Positions 59,716 to 64,000 of a DNA stretch of 64,000 bases are shown here, in pieces; the stretch's first letter is position 1; each line of letters opens with the position of its first letter. The translations under genes were made by a program, and so were the position numbers. The stretch is taken from the NCBI GenBank assembly GCA_963789955.1, contig CAWBMV010000017.1, positions 64,001-128,000 of the forward strand, read 5' to 3'. Below the pieces are notes generated by a model. It made no database searches. It saw nothing but the letters and a program-made list of their open reading frames with translations, and was not told the origin of the DNA. This stretch comes from an uncultured Candidatus Rokubacteria bacterium (GTDB lineage: Bacteria > Methylomirabilota > Methylomirabilia > Rokubacteriales > CSP1-6).

Positions 59716-61590
59716 GTGCCGTCACCTCCCCTTGAGCCCGGTTGGCTCCGGCCATTGTAACAGTCGGTGGACGGCTCCGGTTCCATCTCGATCGTCGGAT
59801 GGAAGTGGTCGAAGATCCGCTGGGCCAGCTTGGGGGTGACTTTCGGCACCGACGCCAGCTCCGCGACCGAGGATTCTCGCACCCGGCGCGCCGAGCCGAG
59901 CGTCTTGAGCAGGCTCGTGCGGATCGACGGCCCGATGCCCGGGATCGTGTCGAGCACGGACTGGATCGTCCGCTTCGTGCGGAGCTTCTTGTGATACGTG
60001 ATCGCGAAGCGGTGAGCTTCGTCCCGGATCCGCTGCAAGGTGTGCAGCGCCGGCGACGTCGGATCGAGGACCAGCGGGTGGAGTCGCTCGGGCTGATAGA
60101 CCTCTTCGGCCTGCTTCGCGAGCCCGACCGCCGGAATGTAGTCGAGCCCGAGATCCTGCAGCACCTTGAGCGCGGCGTTGAGCTGGCCGCGCCCGCCGTC
60201 GATCAGCACGAGGTCGGGGAGCACGCTGCCCTGCTCGAGGGCCTTCGCGAAGCGACGCGACAGCACCTCGGCCATCGAGGCGAAGTCGTCGGCGCCGGCA
60301 ACGGTCCGGATCCGGAATCGCTTGTAGTCGTCCTTCTTCATGCCGCCGTTTTCCCAGACGACCATCGAGCCCACCTGCTCGGTCCCCTGGATGTTGGAGA
60401 TGTCGTAGCCCTCGATTCGGTTCGGGAGCCCCGGCAGGTCGAGCGCGCGCTGGAGCTCTTCGAGGACCAGCTGCTGGCGGTTGTCGCGGGAGAGCAGGCG
60501 GTTCTGGAGCGCGATCGCCGCGTTCGCCTCGGCCATGGCGACGAACTGCCGCTTGCTGCCGCGCTGCGGCGCCAGCACCTGCACCCGCCGCTCGGAGAGC
60601 GTCGAAAGCCACTCGGTCGTGAGCTCGGCTTCCGGCAGCTCCTCCGACAGGAGGATCTCCGGCGCCGGAGTGACCGCCTTGCCGTAGAACTGGCGGACGA
60701 ACGCCGAGAGGATCTCGCCGTCGCTCCAGCCGGCGACCTTGTCGAAGAAGAACGGCTCCTGGCCCACGAGCCGGCCCTTGCGCACGAAGAAGAGCTCGAC
60801 GCACGCGTCACTGCCCTGGCGGACCACGCCGACGACGTCCTGGTCCACGTCGTCCGTCGAGATGATCTTCTGTCGCTCGCGGACCTTGTTGAGCGATTGG
60901 ATCTGGTCGCGCAACACGGTCGCGCGCTCGAACTTCAGCTCGGCGGCCGCCGTCTTCCATCTCCTTGGTGAGCCGCCGGGCCAGCTCCTCGTCGCGCCCC
61001 TCCAGGAAGTGCGCGACGTCCTCCACGGTCCGGGCGTAGCCTTCGCGCGTCTCCCAACCCGTGCAGGGCGCGTTGCAGCGATGGATCGCGTACTGGATGC
61101 ACGGCCGCTCGAGCGAGCCGTCGATCGTGATCGAGCACGTGCGCAGCGGAAAGAGCTGGCGCGTCAGCCGCAAGGTCTCGCGCATGGCGGTGGCCGGATA
61201 GAACGGGCCGTAGTAGCGCGCGCCGTCGTGCTGGACCTTCCGGGCCACCACCAGACGCGGGAACTCTTCGTTCGTCGTCAGTTTCAGGAACGGGTAGTGC
61301 TTGTCATCGCGCAGGATGATGTTGTAGCGGGGCCGGTGCCGCCGCACCAGGTTCGCCTCGAGCATGAGCGCCTCGAGCTCGTTGTCGGTCACGATGTACT
61401 CGAGGTCGCGAATCTGGCGGACGAGCGCGTCGGTCTTGGGGTCTCGCGGGCGCGACTCCTGGAAGTAGGACCGGACGCGGCTCCGCAGGGACGCCGCCTT
61501 GCCGACGTACAGGACCTGCTGCTTGCCGTCCCGGTAGAGGTAGACCCCCGGCCGGTCGGGCACCCGGGCGATCTTCTCGTCGAGATCCAT
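59712..61590 (-). CDS. uvrC: Excinuclease ABC subunit C (frameshift near 60956)
   Basis: GIY-YIG PGVY..YVGKA, RDDK.YP, IEGYDIS, DGGRGQ, RDEAHRFA and HhH. Confidence 0.96.
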
Positions 61591-61616
61591 ACCTTAGACT
61601 ACCGCGCCGGCTCGGC

Positions 61617-63599
61617 TCACTTGATCTGCTGCTTGCGCAGTGACTTGAGGCGGTCGCGCAGCTCGGCCGCCTGCTCGAAGTCGAGGCGCTTGGCCGCCTC
61701 CTTCATCCGCGCCTCGAGCTCGCCGATGCGCGCCTGCAGCGCCGCCGGCGACTCGAACGTCTCGGCCGTCGCTTCCTCGACCGGCACCGTGTAGTAGTCG
61801 CGCTCGTAGACCGTCTGGAGCAGCTCGCGGATCGTGGACTTGATCGACTCCGGCGTGATGCCGTGCGCGTCGTTGTAGGCGCGCTGCAGCTCCCGTCTCC
61901 GCTCGGTCTCCTGGATCGTCGCCGCCATCGAGTCCGTGACGTGGTCGGCGTACATGATGACCTCGCCGTTGACGTTACGGGCCGCCCGTCCGGAGGTCTG
62001 CATCAGCGAGGTCGCCGAGCGCAGATAGCCTTCCTTGTCCGCGTCCAGGATCGCCACCAGCGAGACCTCGGGAATGTCGAGTCCCTCGCGCAACAGATTG
62101 ATGCCGATGAGGCCGTCGAACTTGCCCAGACGGAGATCGCGGATGACCGCGACCCGGTCCAGGGTGTCGATGTCGGAATGGAGATAGCGCACGCGGAGCC
62201 CGAGCTGCTGGTAGTACTCGGTGAGATCCTCGGCCATCCGCTTGGTCAACGTGGTCACCAGGACCCGCTCGTCCCGGTCCGCGCGCGCGCGCAGCTCCGC
62301 GAGCAGGTCGTCGACCTGATCCTTGGCCGGCCGCACCGTGATTCTCGGGTCGGTGAGCCCGGTCGGCCGGATCACCTGCTCGGCGAGCGCGTCGCCCGCG
62401 AGCTGGAGCTCGTAGGCCCCGGGTGTGGCCGAGACGTAGATCGTCTGGCCCGTGCGCCGCGTGAACTCGTCGAACGTCAGCGGCCGGTTGTCGAACGCGG
62501 ACGGCATCCGGAAGCCGTACTCGACGAGCGCCTCCTTGCGTGAGCGGTCGCCGTAGTACATGCCGCGGATCTGCGGCACCGCGACGTGGCTCTCGTCGAT
62601 GATGATCAGCGCGTCCTTCGGCAGGTAGTCGATCAGGGTCGGCGGGGCCTCGCCCGGGCGATGCCCGGTCAGATGTCGCGAGTAGTTCTCGATGCCGTGG
62701 CAGAAGCCGAGCTCGCGCAGCATCTCCATGTCGAAGATGGTGCGCTGCTCGAGCCGCTGCGCCTCGAGCAGGCGGTTCTTCTGGCGCAGGAACGCCAGCC
62801 GCTCGCCGAGCTCTTCCTGGATGGTCACGAACGCGCGCTCGAGCTGCGCCGCCTCGGTCACGTAGTGGCTCGCCGGATAGATGTGCACCCGATCGACGCG
62901 CTCGAGTACGGCGCCGCGCAGCGGATCGATTCGGGAGATCGCGTCGATCACGTCCCCGAAGAGCTCGACCCTGAGGGCGATCGACTCTTCGTTGGCCGGG
63001 AACACCTCGACCACGTCGCCGCGGACCCGGAAGGTCCCGCGATGGAAATCGTAGTCGTTGCGCTCGTACTGGACCGCGACCAGGCGCCGGATGATCTCGT
63101 CCCGATCCACCCGTTCGCCCTCGCCCAGCTCGATGTGGAGACCCTGATACGTGTCGGGCTCCCCGATGCCGTAGATGCACGAGACCGAGGCCACCACGAG
63201 GACGTCGCGCCGCTCCAGCAGCGACTTGGTCGCGGAGTGGCGCATCCGGTCGATCTCGTCGTTGACGAGGGCGTCCTTCTCGATGTACGTGTCCGACTGC
63301 GGGATGTAGGCCTCGGGCTGGTAATAGTCGTAGTACGACACGAAGTACTCGACCGCGTTCGACGGGAAGAAGGCCCGGAACTCGCTGAAGAGCTGGGCGG
63401 CCAGGGTCTTGTTGGGCGAGATGACCAGGGTCGGCCGGTCCACGCTCGCGACCACGTTGGCGATCGAGTAGGTCTTCCCCGAGCCGGTCACGCCGCGCAG
63501 CACCATGTGGCGGCGGCCCTCGCGCACGAAGCCCGTCAGCGCCGCGATGGCCTGCGGCTGGTCGCCGCGGGGCGAATACTCTGACGACAGCTGGAACAC
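61617..63599 (-). CDS. uvrB: Excinuclease ABC subunit B
   Basis: [32 protein letters not shown] and UVR domain. Confidence 0.98.
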   Translation of the reverse strand: MFQLSSEYSPRGDQPQAIAALTGFVREGRRHMVLRGVTGSGKTYSIANVVASVDRPTLVISPNKTLAAQLFSEFRAFFPSNAVEYFVSYYDYYQPEAYIPQSDTYIEKDALVNDEIDRMRHSATKSLLERRDVLVVASVSCIYGIGEPDTYQGLHIELGEGERVDRDEIIRRLVAVQYERNDYDFHRGTFRVRGDVVEVFPANEESIALRVELFGDVIDAISRIDPLRGAVLERVDRVHIYPASHYVTEAAQLERAFVTIQEELGERLAFLRQKNRLLEAQRLEQRTIFDMEMLRELGFCHGIENYSRHLTGHRPGEAPPTLIDYLPKDALIIIDESHVAVPQIRGMYYGDRSRKEALVEYGFRMPSAFDNRPLTFDEFTRRTGQTIYVSATPGAYELQLAGDALAEQVIRPTGLTDPRITVRPAKDQVDDLLAELRARADRDERVLVTTLTKRMAEDLTEYYQQLGLRVRYLHSDIDTLDRVAVIRDLRLGKFDGLIGINLLREGLDIPEVSLVAILDADKEGYLRSATSLMQTSGRAARNVNGEVIMYADHVTDSMAATIQETERRRELQRAYNDAHGITPESIKSTIRELLQTVYERDYYTVPVEEATAETFESPAALQARIGELEARMKEAAKRLDFEQAAELRDRLKSLRKQQIK

Positions 63600-63610
63600 G
63601 TCGGACTACG

Positions 63611-64000
63611 TCAGGAAGGCGTCGGAACCGCGAGGAGGTATTTTCGCCAGGAGTCCAGGAGCGAGTGCGCGTGCGGGTGCCGGAGCATGTGCGTCGAGAA
63701 CACGAACTTGGGATGCACCGGCTCGCGGATCAGTCGCATCCCGACCTCGTCGGCGAGGCGGTTGCCTTTTCGCAGATTACAGCGCAGACAGGCCGCGACC
63801 ACGTTCACCCAGCTCGTCTCACCCCCGCGCGAGCGCGGCACCACGTGGTCGACCGTCAGCCGCTCGCCGCGCCGGTTGCAGTACTGGCAGGTGTAGCCGT
63901 CACGCCTGAGGATGTTCTTCTTGTTGAACGCCACCCGATCCAGGAACGGCTTGCGGATGTACATGGCGAGCCGGATGACTGCGGGGAGCGCGAACGTGAC
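63611..64000 (-). CDS. HNH endonuclease (McrA-like), 5' end beyond the window
   Basis: RD..TCQYC, LTVDHVVPRSRGG, W.NVVAAC.RCN..K. Confidence 0.9.
   Translation of the reverse strand, partial: VTFALPAVIRLAMYIRKPFLDRVAFNKKNILRRDGYTCQYCNRRGERLTVDHVVPRSRGGETSWVNVVAACLRCNLRKGNRLADEVGMRLIREPVHPKFVFSTHMLRHPHAHSLLDSWRKYLLAVPTPS

Overview
Very GC-rich bacterial chromosomal window from a diderm, LPS-producing organism. Gene content and style suggest Candidatus Rokubacteria/Methylomirabilota; this is an inference with no database search. Most of the window is a minus-strand housekeeping backbone: HNH-uvrB-uvrC, leuS-lptE-holA, murJ-xerD-cca-pyrG-kdsA-kdsD-lptCAB-rpoN-rapZ-GH57-pgi/pmi-metK-ahcY-UPF0182, and valS-birA-coaX-guaB-guaA-dnaE-accA. 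Four accessory modules are embedded in it: (1) an ars operon arsR-arsM-aquaporin-arsN-arsC with an internal operator-like palindrome; (2) an enlarged, divergent class V FBP aldolase/phosphatase divergently paired with a SorC/CggR-type regulator; (3) a plus-strand catabolic cluster (PanE-like reductase, atypical M28 peptidase, ATPase-less peptide ABC importer, Cys-less ICL/PEPM enzyme, Rieske oxygenase, orphan HicB-like protein) punctuated by a covarying ~60 bp hairpin repeat and followed by an ABC exporter with a consensus sigma-54 promoter; (4) tandem small secreted Cys-Pro/His paralogues. About 15 single-base frameshifts in conserved and essential genes look like long-read indel errors rather than pseudogenes. 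No CRISPR array, rRNA, tRNA or transposase was recognised.
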